Positions 1-9,867 of a stretch of DNA of 64,000 bases are shown in pieces. The notes under the pieces were generated by a model, which was not told where the DNA came from, made no database searches, and saw only the letters and a list, made by a program, of their open reading frames with translations. The first letter of the stretch is position 1; every line of letters begins with the position of its first letter. The translations under genes were made by a program, and so were the position numbers. The DNA comes from Candidatus Latescibacterota bacterium (lineage in GTDB: Bacteria > Latescibacterota > UBA2968 > UBA8231), in NCBI GenBank assembly GCA_965203175.1, contig OZ241867.1:1216001-1280000 (forward strand), in the 5' to 3' direction.

Positions 1-903
1 CGCTCCAATAGAGAAATCCGTCCAGACCTGATAGGCATAAGCCAAGGGCCAGCCATAGAATTGGCCGTCGCGGAGCGGGGTGATCCACTCCGGCGGCAGA
101 TCCCGTCCCTCGCGGTCGTGCCCATTACCGGCACCCCACAGCTCGCCGGTGACCGGGTGTAAGTCGAGGCCGATGGCATTGCGCAGCCCTGAAGCATAGA
201 TCCGCCGACCTGTGCCGTCGGTGTTCATCTGGATGACGGTGGCCCGCTCGGGATCGTCTTCGCGGCAGAGGTCGCAACTCGAACCGGCGTGGAAGTAAAG
301 CTTGTCGTTGGACTCGTCGAAAACCAGCGTATGCGTTACGTGCTCAGAGGCTCGGCCCATGAAACCGGGCACCCTGGCAAAAACGGCGCGCTCCTCGTAA
401 AAGCCATCTGAATCCCGATCTTCAAGGCGGTAGATCGCATCGTCATCGGCGACGAAGAGAGCCCCCCGGTAGAAGGCGACGCTGTGCGGCCAGTGAAAGT
501 CATCGGCCGCTTTGTACACGGTGTCGGCGCGGCCGTCGCCGTCTTTGTCGGGCAGGGCCAACACCGTGCTTTGACGGCCGGAGGCCGGGCTCCATTGATT
601 GCTCCCGCGAGTCTTCATGTTGGCCACATGCAAGACGCCTTGATCGTCCCAGGCCATGAAACGGGCTTTATCTACTTGGTCGGAGAAGAGTTTGACCTTA
701 AAGCCGGGCGGGAGTTTGAGCGTGCGGTCGGAGAGTCCCTCAACCGGCACTGGTTCGAGGTGGAGGTCGATCTTGGGCGTTAAGCGGATCTGACCGGGGA
801 GGTATTCGGCGTGGAGGGGGGTACTCGCGAAAAGCACACAGAGCAGGTAGGCGAGAGTGAAACTCTGCCCAGAGACGATGCGTGTGACATGCGGAACGGA
901 CAT
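1..903 (-). CDS. PQQ-dependent glucose/sorbosone dehydrogenase-family beta-propeller protein, secreted (3' end runs off the window)
   Basis: Manually translated from ATG at 903: signal-like N-terminus, then LKLPPGFKVKLF, DKDGDGRAD, GSSCDLCRE, YASGLRNAIG, FYGWP motifs. Absent from the ORF track because it is truncated. Confidence 0.8.
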   Translation of the reverse strand, partial: MSVPHVTRIVSGQSFTLAYLLCVLFASTPLHAEYLPGQIRLTPKIDLHLEPVPVEGLSDRTLKLPPGFKVKLFSDQVDKARFMAWDDQGVLHVANMKTRGSNQWSPASGRQSTVLALPDKDGDGRADTVYKAADDFHWPHSVAFYRGALFVADDDAIYRLEDRDSDGFYEERAVFARVPGFMGRASEHVTHTLVFDESNDKLYFHAGSSCDLCREDDPERATVIQMNTDGTGRRIYASGLRNAIGLDLHPVTGELWGAGNGHDREGRDLPPEWITPLRDGQFYGWPLAYAYQVWTDFSIGA

Positions 904-907
904 GAGA

Positions 908-935
908 GCTCCCCGTCGCCAGTATTGGCGACGCA
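908..935 (+). repeat. 28-bp palindromic element, copy 1 (GCTCCCCGTCGCCAGTATTGGCGACGCA)
   Basis: 8-bp stem CGTCGCCA/TGGCGACG with GTAT loop. Matches the copy at 43962-43989 (reverse strand) at 26/28, with the 23-nt core identical. Confidence 0.8.
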
Positions 936-952
936 ATTCCGATTGTTGATGT

Positions 953-2077
953 CTAAAGACCACGACCGGAGTCTAAGAGGATTGCCGAGGTCAGAAAGTG
1001 TTTAGGGGCCGGTGGTCCTGGTGCCGGGCGCTCTCGGCTCTCGGCGATTATGCGCAGACGCACAAAGCCCTGGGCATCGGGCGGGATTTCCAGCGTCCAT
1101 TCGGAACTCCCAGGCGGCCGGGGACCCAGACACTCTAGCACGGCAGGAGCAGCATTCGGCTGCCACAGACCGATCAACTCGGCCCTTTCGACTGCTTCGG
1201 TTGCCTCAAAGGCCACGTGCAAAACACCGGGTCCTCCCGTCCAAGTGTCGCCGATAAAATGGTTGTCGACTGAGAAATCGCCGAGGTCGAGCCAGTGCCC
1301 TTGAGAGGCACAAGTGCGCCCTCGGCGCAGGCTGGCGAAGAGCGCTTCTGAGATGGCTTGGTGGCCCGCCTCCACGCCGACCCGGACGTGATTGAAGACC
1401 CCTAGCGGATAATCGGGCTGCTGCAATTGCTTGTGGACGTGGAAGTCGGAGTTCAATAGCAAGGAGAACGGCCGCTGGCAGGCGTACACTTGGTCGACCA
1501 AGCCGCCGACGGCTCCCCCCGGATAGGCACACGGATCCATCGCAGCGACTCTGGCGTGAGCTTGGTGCCCGTGCAAGGCTTCGATGCCAACGACGAGGCC
1601 AGCCGGATCAGCGGCTAGATAGCGGTTGATGCTCTCTGCGGACCACTGGCCGGCAGCGGGGTGGTTGAAGAAGAGAATGGGGCGCTCTTCCGCCGGCAAT
1701 GCGGTCAGATGCTCCAAGGCCGCTTCTACGCTGACTAGATCCGCAGCCCTCAGCCGGTCGTGGGCAGCGGCGAAAGCATAGGCGTTTTCAGCCTCGCGCT
1801 CGCCTATGGGAAAGACGAGTCCTGCGTGGCCTCCCCTAGGCGCGTTCCACTCTAGCCCGAAGAAGACGGGAAACCCCGGCAGGATGCGGCGCGCTTGCTC
1901 AATCATGCGGTGTTGCTCAAAGAAGACGGGCTTTTGCGCGTGATTGGTCAGCGCGATAAAATCGAGTGCGTCGTCGGCCCCTTGCAAAAGCTCAGCGACC
2001 AAGGCGTGATCTTCGCAGTGGTTGTGTATATCGCCGCGGAGCCACCTCAGAGGCCCGCGCGTTGTCTTATCGGTCAT
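953..2077 (-). CDS. PHP-domain metal-dependent hydrolase (CehA/McbA-like)
   Basis: WLRGDIHNH, DFIALTNH, GLEW, FNHP and NSDFH metal-binding motifs. Confidence 0.7.
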   Translation of the reverse strand: MTDKTTRGPLRWLRGDIHNHCEDHALVAELLQGADDALDFIALTNHAQKPVFFEQHRMIEQARRILPGFPVFFGLEWNAPRGGHAGLVFPIGEREAENAYAFAAAHDRLRAADLVSVEAALEHLTALPAEERPILFFNHPAAGQWSAESINRYLAADPAGLVVGIEALHGHQAHARVAAMDPCAYPGGAVGGLVDQVYACQRPFSLLLNSDFHVHKQLQQPDYPLGVFNHVRVGVEAGHQAISEALFASLRRGRTCASQGHWLDLGDFSVDNHFIGDTWTGGPGVLHVAFEATEAVERAELIGLWQPNAAPAVLECLGPRPPGSSEWTLEIPPDAQGFVRLRIIAESRERPAPGPPAPKHFLTSAILLDSGRGL

Positions 2078-2218
2078 TGCAAAATGGACGGGTACGTATA
2101 TTCTCTAATGTTGCCTATCGGCTTGAGTTTGAGGTCCGAGCCTTATAGATTAAGCGAAAACTTGGACCGCGTAAAAGAGTCGCCGGAAACCTTGGCGACT
2201 GGCTCGAGGAGTAAAACA

Positions 2219-4243
2219 GTGTACAAATGGTCAATTCTCATCGCGCTCGCGCTTCCTACACCACCGGCAGCCGCCCAGATTTCGCTGTGGAAGATGGGCG
2301 GCCAAGGCTTGGCTTGGAGCCGGAGTGACAGCAGCGAAGTCTTTATCGACTTCCAGACCTTTCCCGGCTCAATAGCGCCGACTTACTTCGACGGCGAGGA
2401 AAATATCCTTTCCAAGCTCCCGTTCTGGTCGCCCTTTAAGTTTCCCACTGACTTGGGCTACGAAGACGGCCTCATCCCGCGAGTCTGGCGCGCGGCCAAC
2501 GGCTTCTACTGGTTCACGGCCGGAACCCTGACGACCGAGTGGGTCGATGGCGATAGTTCATCTTACAGTCCACCGGTAGCACGCGGTATCAACTCGGAGT
2601 GGTACACTTTTGACGTGGGGGTTCCAGTGCCAGCCGACGTAGTTGGTTTTTACACGCCTCCACACGGTTTTCGCGCCGACGGTACGCTTCTCCGCGACGA
2701 CATCTTCAAGGCGTTTGAAGTCTCAATCGCCGAAGAGTTTGACCCGGTCCTCAACCTCGAAAACAACGACGACGACTATCACCGCCTAGAGACCTTGATC
2801 GCCGATGTGCCGCTCAATTTCGACGCCAATGTCCAACTCGAATTTCCCAAACAGTACGTGCGTTTCATTCGCCTACGACGCAACCCTTCCATCGACGACA
2901 AAGCCTTTGCCTCCGGCCAAGCCAATGTCCAGCAGGGAACCATCGGCGAGTTTGAGCTCAAGGGCGAAGGGGTGCCCAAGCGGGTATTTTATCTCTCTAA
3001 GATTATCTCCCTAGGCCGCACGGTGAATTTCGGGCGTCTATTTTGGGACGCCACGCCCATGCGAATGGTCAAAGGGGTCCCTACTCCCGTTGACGACGCC
3101 CAAACCCGACTCGCGATCTCCGTGCGCTCTGGCCGCGACGACGACCCCAACGTCTATCACGAATTCACCGACACCGGTGCCGAGCGGACGGTCTCTCGCG
3201 AGCGCTTCGAGAACGAACTCAAGCAACCAGATCAAACTACCCAAGGCCAGATCCAAGAAGGCAAGCCCGGCCTTAGAGCCTCAATCATTTACGACCAAGA
3301 CAACTGGACCTTCTGGTCTTTTCCCATCCCTGAGTCCGGGCAACCCGCTCCACTGGAGCGCGGCAATCACATCCAAGTCAGACTCACTTTCGAAAGCCGT
3401 TCCTTCTTCGACTTCGTGCGGCTAGACTCGCTGTGGATTGAGACTGCACCGCCGTTGGCCTCCCAAGTCATAGGCGAGGTCGCCCGCTTTGACGAGCCGA
3501 CGCCCGACGGCGGTCTAACCGAGGTGTACTTAGGTGAGACGACGGACTTTACCTACGATGTGCTCGCCCAGTTCGACGGGGCGAGCCAGCCGGGCTTTGA
3601 TACGATCCGAATCCGCACGGGTAGCCACCCTCAGTTCAAACGGCTAGAAATGGGCCAACCACTCCAAGCGCTAGAACCGGCCGAGGTGATAGAGGGAGAG
3701 AACGAATTAGTGGTGCGTTTGCCGCAGTCGGTCACCCGCAGCCGCAACGAACCAGTGCGGCTGGTATTCGGCACAGAGGTTTTCATTTTTGCCAACACGT
3801 TCGCCGGCGAGGTTTTAGACACGAGCGGGGAGAGTCTGCCGCAGCAGATTGAGGCTGGCAACGCCACCGACGAGGTCAGCACTAACAGCCTGCGGGTCTT
3901 GGGTGGCGAACAAGAGGCCGAGACACCCATCGAAAACCTAGCTTTTTCGAGCAAGGTATTGACCCCCAACGGGGACGGCACCAACGATGTGCTGGCCATC
4001 AACTACACCTTGTTCCGCCTGCCCGGCCCGGTGCCCGTGGTCCTCAACATCTACGACTTGCGCGGCATCCGGATCCGCACCCTCGACGCCGGAATGCAGG
4101 GGGCCGGGCCGCAAACCGTGCAATGGGACGGACGCGACGCGAGCGGCAAGTTGTTGGTACCAGGTCTATATGTGATGGAGATCGCCCTCAAGGCGGAATT
4201 CAAAACCTTCCGCCACCAGCAACCGCTGGGCTTGGCCTACTAG
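2219..4243 (+). CDS. Secreted protein with C-terminal TPNGDG motif and FlgD-Ig-like domain
   Basis: Likely GTG start at 2219 after a GAGGAG RBS; signal peptide ending AAA-Q; C-terminal LTPNGDGTND and WDGRDASGKLLVPGLY. Confidence 0.7.
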   Translation: MYKWSILIALALPTPPAAAQISLWKMGGQGLAWSRSDSSEVFIDFQTFPGSIAPTYFDGEENILSKLPFWSPFKFPTDLGYEDGLIPRVWRAANGFYWFTAGTLTTEWVDGDSSSYSPPVARGINSEWYTFDVGVPVPADVVGFYTPPHGFRADGTLLRDDIFKAFEVSIAEEFDPVLNLENNDDDYHRLETLIADVPLNFDANVQLEFPKQYVRFIRLRRNPSIDDKAFASGQANVQQGTIGEFELKGEGVPKRVFYLSKIISLGRTVNFGRLFWDATPMRMVKGVPTPVDDAQTRLAISVRSGRDDDPNVYHEFTDTGAERTVSRERFENELKQPDQTTQGQIQEGKPGLRASIIYDQDNWTFWSFPIPESGQPAPLERGNHIQVRLTFESRSFFDFVRLDSLWIETAPPLASQVIGEVARFDEPTPDGGLTEVYLGETTDFTYDVLAQFDGASQPGFDTIRIRTGSHPQFKRLEMGQPLQALEPAEVIEGENELVVRLPQSVTRSRNEPVRLVFGTEVFIFANTFAGEVLDTSGESLPQQIEAGNATDEVSTNSLRVLGGEQEAETPIENLAFSSKVLTPNGDGTNDVLAINYTLFRLPGPVPVVLNIYDLRGIRIRTLDAGMQGAGPQTVQWDGRDASGKLLVPGLYVMEIALKAEFKTFRHQQPLGLAY

Positions 4244-4256
4244 GCTAGCCGCCTCA

Positions 4257-4844
4257 ATGCCTACTAGAGATGTAAGCCGCTTGGGCGAAGACATTGTATT
4301 TGAAGAGACCCTCAGAGGGCGCACCTTTATCTTTCACTCCACTTGGGGGCTTTTCAACCCCAAGCGTATTGACCCCGGTACGCGGCTGCTCATCGACCAT
4401 ATCAAAGCCGGGCCTGCCGACCGCTGTCTCGACTTGGGATGCGGATATGGTCCAATCGGCTTGGCGTTAGGCCATCTCTGCCCCGAGGGCGAGGTCCATC
4501 TAATCGACAAGGACTTCGTCGCCGTCGACTACGCAGCGCAAAACGCCGCACGCAATGGGCTGTCCAATTGTCGCGCCTATTTGAGCAACGCCTTCAGCCA
4601 CGTACCCGCCCACGTGCGCTTTGACACTATTGCCTCCAATTTGCCCGCGAAAACAGGCAACGAACTCCTGACGATCATCATGCACGATGCCTGCGCCCGT
4701 CTCAAGCCGGGCGGGCACCTGTGGGTCGTCACCATTGCCGGGTTAAAGGAGTACATCAAGCGCAACTTCAAGGAAGTCTTCGGCAACTACAAAAAGATCA
4801 AACAGCGGGGGACTTACCTATTATCTCTGGCAGTTAAAGAGTAG
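4257..4844 (+). CDS. Class I SAM methyltransferase, RsmC/MTS-like
   Basis: STWGLF..IDPGTRLL, LDLGCGYGPIG, SNLP. Confidence 0.8.
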   Translation: MPTRDVSRLGEDIVFEETLRGRTFIFHSTWGLFNPKRIDPGTRLLIDHIKAGPADRCLDLGCGYGPIGLALGHLCPEGEVHLIDKDFVAVDYAAQNAARNGLSNCRAYLSNAFSHVPAHVRFDTIASNLPAKTGNELLTIIMHDACARLKPGGHLWVVTIAGLKEYIKRNFKEVFGNYKKIKQRGTYLLSLAVKE

Positions 4845-4866
4845 AGCTTCGACTACTTACAGAAAC

Positions 4867-5919
4867 TTATAGCAGTTCCCCGTTTACCTTGACGCCGAAT
4901 CCCGGGCCTTCGGGCACTACCAAGTGCCCCCCCTGTGGTTGTGGCTCACCCAGCCATAGTTTGTCGCGCACCTCGCCGCGCCTACCCATGACCATTTCGG
5001 CCAAATTGTCGCCGTAGCCAGCCGCCAAAAAGTGCAGCCCCCAAATCTCGCCGCCGCGGTGAGGCACTAAGGGGACGCCGTGGGCTTGGGCGAGTTCGGC
5101 AATGCGCAGCACCGCCGTCAAGCCACCGCACCAAGTGACATCCGGTTGCCACAAGTCCAGTGCTCGTATCCTGGCGATATGACCGAAATCCCGCGCGGTG
5201 AATTCGTGTTCGCCGCCAGCCAACAAAACGGGGTGAATCTGCGGCCGCAATGCCGCCAAGCCGTCCAAATCGTCGGGGAGTAGCACGTCTTCAAACCAGT
5301 GTATCTTAAACGGCGCGAGTTGCTGCGCTACGGCCACGGCAAAGTCGGGCGACCACGACATGTACGCGTCAATCATCAAAAGCGCATCTTTTCCCAAAGT
5401 CTGACGCGCCTCTTGGGCCCACTCAAGTATGCGCGCCGCGTCAGCGGCTTGGCCTTCTCGCTGCGTCTGCGAAGACTTATGGGCATTAAAGCCCAAGTCG
5501 CGATACCAAGCGCAATCTGGGCCTGTGGCGTAGGCCCGCACCTGGTCCCGCCGCCGACCGCCCAACAAATCGCAGACGGACTTTTCTGCGGCCCGGCCCA
5601 GGACATCCCACAGCGCCAGATCCACACCGCTGATGGCCATGACGGCGACCCCGCTGCGGCCGTAGGGCAGACTGGCCTTGTATTGGTCGTCCCACAGCCG
5701 GGCGACATCTTCAATGCTGTTGATGCTGCGACCCACCAGCAACTCGCGCAGGTGGCGGTTGATCACCTCTACGGCGGCAATCCCGCCGCCACCCGCACCC
5801 CAGCCGCTGATGCCGACATCTGTATCTACCCGCACAACCATCTGCCAGAAGTGCCGGCGCCAAGCAGCGGGCGCGACACGGTAGCGGGGATACATCGACT
5901 GCACTTCGGTTATTTTCAT
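4867..5919 (-). CDS. Mandelate racemase/enolase-superfamily sugar-acid dehydratase (L-rhamnonate dehydratase-like)
   Basis: AISGVDLALWD, LMIDAYMSW, WFED, GEHEFT, QPDVTWCGGLT, PGFGV. Confidence 0.8.
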   Translation of the reverse strand: MKITEVQSMYPRYRVAPAAWRRHFWQMVVRVDTDVGISGWGAGGGGIAAVEVINRHLRELLVGRSINSIEDVARLWDDQYKASLPYGRSGVAVMAISGVDLALWDVLGRAAEKSVCDLLGGRRRDQVRAYATGPDCAWYRDLGFNAHKSSQTQREGQAADAARILEWAQEARQTLGKDALLMIDAYMSWSPDFAVAVAQQLAPFKIHWFEDVLLPDDLDGLAALRPQIHPVLLAGGEHEFTARDFGHIARIRALDLWQPDVTWCGGLTAVLRIAELAQAHGVPLVPHRGGEIWGLHFLAAGYGDNLAEMVMGRRGEVRDKLWLGEPQPQGGHLVVPEGPGFGVKVNGELL

Positions 5920-6040
5920 GCGTAAACCCTTGTGTACATTTTGTTTTTATCGCCTTCCGTTTTGGTAATAAGCCGCTTCGTGTCGTATTATTTACATATC
6001 AAACACCTTGTATTTTATATCCCCATTATAGGAGCAGTCC

Positions 6041-7126
6041 ATGTCTTTAGGACGCAACCTGAAAGAGCTGCGACAGAAACAATCGCTCAACCAGAAAGAC
6101 CTCTCAGACCGCTCCGGCGTCTCCCAAGCCACCATTTCCCGCATTGAAACTGGCCGAGTGCGCCAGCCAGGCTCGTCGGCTCTAAAAAGTTTAGCTGATG
6201 CCCTCGGCGTCTCGACCGACTCCCTAATGGACGATAAAGCGAGCTTGGCCCGCGTCCACAAAGACCGTTTGCATCAAATCGCCGAGTCCCTCAACGCCTT
6301 TGTCATCCACGAAAACGGACATCTGCTCTTCATCAGCCAGACCTTGGCCGACTTATTGGGTTATCGCGGGGAAGAATTGCTAGCCAAAGACGGCATTGAG
6401 CTACTGTTCGCTCCCGAGGCCCGTCCCACAGCCCGGCACATAGTCGCCAGCGGTTCGTCCAATGCCTATGAGGCACTCATGGTGCGCAGTGACGGCAGCT
6501 TTCTTCCCGTCGAGATCACCAACGTCAATATCAGCGAAAAGGCGCGCTTAGTCATTGCGCGCAACAACACCGCTCACTGCTGTCAGCAAGGGGCCTTCCG
6601 CGTTTTGCAAGCTGGCTGCGAAGCCGAAAAGGCGAGTGACCTAGGCAAGGTCGTGCGCATCCTCGGCGACGAATTAGAGGCTATGGGAGTCCAATTCGAA
6701 GCAGTTAGCCTACAGGTCATTGACGGACAGAGAAACCTCTTGGCTTGCTATCGCGCCTATTCCGCAGCGCGTGGTTACCGCTCCTTACAGAACGTGGTAA
6801 CTCTCCAAGAATCGCTCGGTCACTTTGCCTCTCTGCGGAGGTTGGTCAGCTATTGGAACCGAGACAAGGCCTGGGAGCGCGAGGCCGACGAGAATTACCG
6901 CCAGATGTCCCAAGAAATCTTCTCGGACTCGATGTATCGCCCCGGAGTGCTGATCGACGTGCCTTTTGCACAGGGCATGCTCGGTCTGGGGCTACCCATG
7001 GACGGACCTAGGCACTCCGAACAGTTCCCGAGCATATTGGGCGAGTTCTCCCGCTCTATCTCTTTGGTCGTCAAGCGGCTGTTCGAGCTTCAATCGCTGC
7101 GCGAAAAGCTGGACTCTACTCATTAG
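6041..7126 (+). CDS. XRE-family HTH regulator with PAS domain and GAF-like C-terminal region
   Basis: LKELRQKQSLNQKDLSDRSGVSQATISRIETG; PAS-like LLGYRGEEL...VRSDGSFLPVEI. Divergent from the dehydratase gene. Confidence 0.75.
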   Translation: MSLGRNLKELRQKQSLNQKDLSDRSGVSQATISRIETGRVRQPGSSALKSLADALGVSTDSLMDDKASLARVHKDRLHQIAESLNAFVIHENGHLLFISQTLADLLGYRGEELLAKDGIELLFAPEARPTARHIVASGSSNAYEALMVRSDGSFLPVEITNVNISEKARLVIARNNTAHCCQQGAFRVLQAGCEAEKASDLGKVVRILGDELEAMGVQFEAVSLQVIDGQRNLLACYRAYSAARGYRSLQNVVTLQESLGHFASLRRLVSYWNRDKAWEREADENYRQMSQEIFSDSMYRPGVLIDVPFAQGMLGLGLPMDGPRHSEQFPSILGEFSRSISLVVKRLFELQSLREKLDSTH

Positions 7127-7161
7127 CCGCAACGACCCCAACAGCAGACCTAAATCGCCAA

Positions 7162-8520
7162 CTAGGAACTCGCTTCCTCAGAGCTGACCTTCCGCTGGCC
7201 AGAGCGGCGCTGCTCGGCCTCTTTGATGTGAGGGCGAGTCTCTCCGGCTTCCTCCATGCGTCTCAAGAGTCGGTCTCGCATTACTTGGGCCACTTCTCGA
7301 TGCGACTCGTGGCCGACTAGGTTGTTCAGTTCGTAGGGGTCTGCCTGTATATCGTAGAGATACTGCTCTTCGTAGAGATCGGCTCCTGCTACATCTCTTC
7401 CTTGCCCATCTGGAACGTCCACCCCGTACTTCCACCGATGTGTGCGAACGGCCCGTCCCACTTGGGCTTCGCTAATCTGCACGAAAACCTCTTCGGGCCA
7501 ATCGGCTACTCCACCGCGCAAAAGCGGCATGAGCGAGCGGCCCTGCATCTGCTCGGGGATTTCCAAGCCGGCCGCATCCAAAAGCGTTGGCGGCAGGTCG
7601 ATCAAGCTAACCAACTCTTGCAATTGGCCGCCGCGAAAACCGGGGCCAGTCAAGACCGTCGGCACCCGGATCGAGCTCTCGTGACAAGAGCGTTTGTACT
7701 CGTTGTTGCGCGTCTTGAAGTGACAGCCGTGATCCGACGTAAAGAGCACGATGGTGTCGTCGGCTAGCTCCAAGCTCTTGAGCGCGTCGTGCAGGCGGCC
7801 ATAGGCTTCATCGAGCCGCTTGACCATCCCGTAATAGCCGCCTAAGTGCTGGTGAGTCGAGCCGCCTAAGGCCGCTAGATCGGGCGGGATCCAGCCTCCG
7901 GTATAGACCTCCCGGTAGCCATCGGGGGGTGGATAGTCGTCCAAGTGGTTCTGGTGATGGGGTTCAATGTAGGAGACGAAGAGAAAAAAGGGGTGATCTT
8001 GGTGCGCGTCCACGTAGCGGATTGCGGCATCCGTGACTGCATCCACGCGATAACCGGGTAGGCGGACGGGTTGTTCGTCATTGTCGTAGAGGACCGTGCT
8101 GTAGGCGTCGGAAGTAAACTCGAGAACATTCGACGCCAACCAGTACTGGTAGCCAAAGCGGTCCGCTGCCGGTACCGGACCGGTGGTCCCTCGCTCGTGT
8201 AGGTGCCACTTGCCTATATATCCAGTGTCGTAGCCAGCCGCGGCAAAGTAGTGGGCGAGGGTCTGGCTGTCTGCTGGTAGGGGAATGCCGTTGCGGTAAC
8301 AGCCTGTAGTCGTGGCATAGAAACCCGTTTGCAAGCAAGAGCGCGCCGGGCCGCAGACGGGTTGGCACGTAAAAGAGTGAGCCGCGTGGGTGTACTCGCG
8401 GGCCAAGCGATCGAGATTCGGCGTAAGGCCCAGCGGGTTGCCGTGTAGCCCTGTTGTGTCCCAGCGCTGTTGGTCTGTAAAAAAGACTATGACGTTTGGT
8501 TTTTTACTGTCTCCGGTCAT
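7162..8520 (-). CDS. Sulfatase (formylglycine-dependent, arylsulfatase A-like)
   Basis: PNVIVFFTDQQRWD, CGPAR (CxPxR), GKWHL, FTSDHG. Confidence 0.9.
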   Translation of the reverse strand: MTGDSKKPNVIVFFTDQQRWDTTGLHGNPLGLTPNLDRLAREYTHAAHSFTCQPVCGPARSCLQTGFYATTTGCYRNGIPLPADSQTLAHYFAAAGYDTGYIGKWHLHERGTTGPVPAADRFGYQYWLASNVLEFTSDAYSTVLYDNDEQPVRLPGYRVDAVTDAAIRYVDAHQDHPFFLFVSYIEPHHQNHLDDYPPPDGYREVYTGGWIPPDLAALGGSTHQHLGGYYGMVKRLDEAYGRLHDALKSLELADDTIVLFTSDHGCHFKTRNNEYKRSCHESSIRVPTVLTGPGFRGGQLQELVSLIDLPPTLLDAAGLEIPEQMQGRSLMPLLRGGVADWPEEVFVQISEAQVGRAVRTHRWKYGVDVPDGQGRDVAGADLYEEQYLYDIQADPYELNNLVGHESHREVAQVMRDRLLRRMEEAGETRPHIKEAEQRRSGQRKVSSEEASS

Positions 8521-8544
8521 TTTGCGCTTGATCTCCTTTTTCGC

Positions 8545-9867
8545 CTATGGCTCAAGTGTCCGATTCGCTGCGCGCTGTAACTCCTCTACCACCTGTTCGA
8601 CGTCCCCGCCTTCAATCGCCTCTATCATCGCCTCTCGAATCAATCGCCGCACCCGTTCATACCCTGCCATCGTCGGCTCTGATTTTCCGTAGTCCAACAT
8701 GCCAAACGCCGCTCCATAGTGCGGGTTTTCCTCAAAGTAGCTTTCTAGCTCGCGCGCCGTACTTTTGCGCACCGGAAAGTAGTTGCTCGCCCGCACCCAT
8801 CGCGCTTGTTGTTCGGGGGCAGTAAACCACTTGAGAAAAAGCCACGCCGCCAGTTGTTTTTCAGGCGTACCGGAGCAGAGCGACACGCTGGCCCCGTACA
8901 CGTCAACAACCGGCCGCGATCCCGTCTGCGGCGGATGGGTCACTCCCCACTCGAAGGCCAGCCCAGAGTCCTCAATGCCGCTCTTGTAAAAGGGCAGGCC
9001 AGAGGAAGAATCCTGCGAGAAGAGGATCTGACCAGTAACGAACTCGTTTACCTCGACATCCCGTTCGCCGGCGATGTCCATCGCGCCGTCTCGCGCTAGT
9101 TCCTGCAACAATTCCAGTACCGCTTTAACTTCTGGCGAGTCCAGCGCATAGGCACTACCGGTCGAATCCACTAGAGCTCCGCCGCGACTGAAGACCATCG
9201 CCGCGAATCGGCTGGCGTCAACATCGAGCAAAAAACCCAAACTGCGCGCTGGGTTTTCGTTTTTGCTAAAGGGTTGGTCTTTGGCCAAGCGGCACATCGC
9301 AGCAAAGTCGTCCCACATCGCCGGTGGCTCGTCGTAGCCCAGCTCGCGCAACCAATCGACATTGTAGTAGAGCAGCTCCATTGAGCGATTCGGCGGGAAG
9401 CCAATCTGCACTCCGCCGAGATTGTCCTGCTCCAAAAATGCTTGGACGTAGTCGCTGCGCGCTGCGGGCGACAAGCCCCATTGGGGCGAATCCATATAGG
9501 GCGTTATATCCACTATGCCGTCGGCTTGGTAGTAGGCGAGGGCTTGGTTTTGGTAGGCTACGACCAAGCTCGCGGCCAGCGAACCGCTCTGGATACCCAC
9601 ATTCACCTTGTTGTAGATGTCCCCATAGCGCCCCATGTACTCGCCGCGCACCTCAATTCCATGGCCGTTGGTCTGGTTAAAGTCGGCAATCAGCTCTTGC
9701 AGGGCATCTTCGCGCTGGCCGGTGTGTTGATACCAAAAGACGATTTTCTGTCCTTGGGGATCAAGGGATTCGAGACTGGTCTGCTGCTCGTAAACGGCCT
9801 CTTGCTGGCCGCCACAAGCCCACAGCAACGTACACCAAACCAATGTAATCGCACATTTTGGTTTCAT
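8545..9867 (-). CDS. Carbohydrate ABC transporter substrate-binding lipoprotein (UgpB/MalE-like)
   Basis: True start MKPKCAIT at 9867; lipobox LWAC; LYYNVD, AAWLFLKWF, NYFPVRKS. Confidence 0.85.
   Translation of the reverse strand: MKPKCAITLVWCTLLWACGGQQEAVYEQQTSLESLDPQGQKIVFWYQHTGQREDALQELIADFNQTNGHGIEVRGEYMGRYGDIYNKVNVGIQSGSLAASLVVAYQNQALAYYQADGIVDITPYMDSPQWGLSPAARSDYVQAFLEQDNLGGVQIGFPPNRSMELLYYNVDWLRELGYDEPPAMWDDFAAMCRLAKDQPFSKNENPARSLGFLLDVDASRFAAMVFSRGGALVDSTGSAYALDSPEVKAVLELLQELARDGAMDIAGERDVEVNEFVTGQILFSQDSSSGLPFYKSGIEDSGLAFEWGVTHPPQTGSRPVVDVYGASVSLCSGTPEKQLAAWLFLKWFTAPEQQARWVRASNYFPVRKSTARELESYFEENPHYGAAFGMLDYGKSEPTMAGYERVRRLIREAMIEAIEGGDVEQVVEELQRAANRTLEP

Noticed and set aside
1895-2218. 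N-terminal 108 codons of the 782-aa ORF
   Set aside because: They overlap the divergent PHP gene; the RBS and signal peptide point to GTG 2219.
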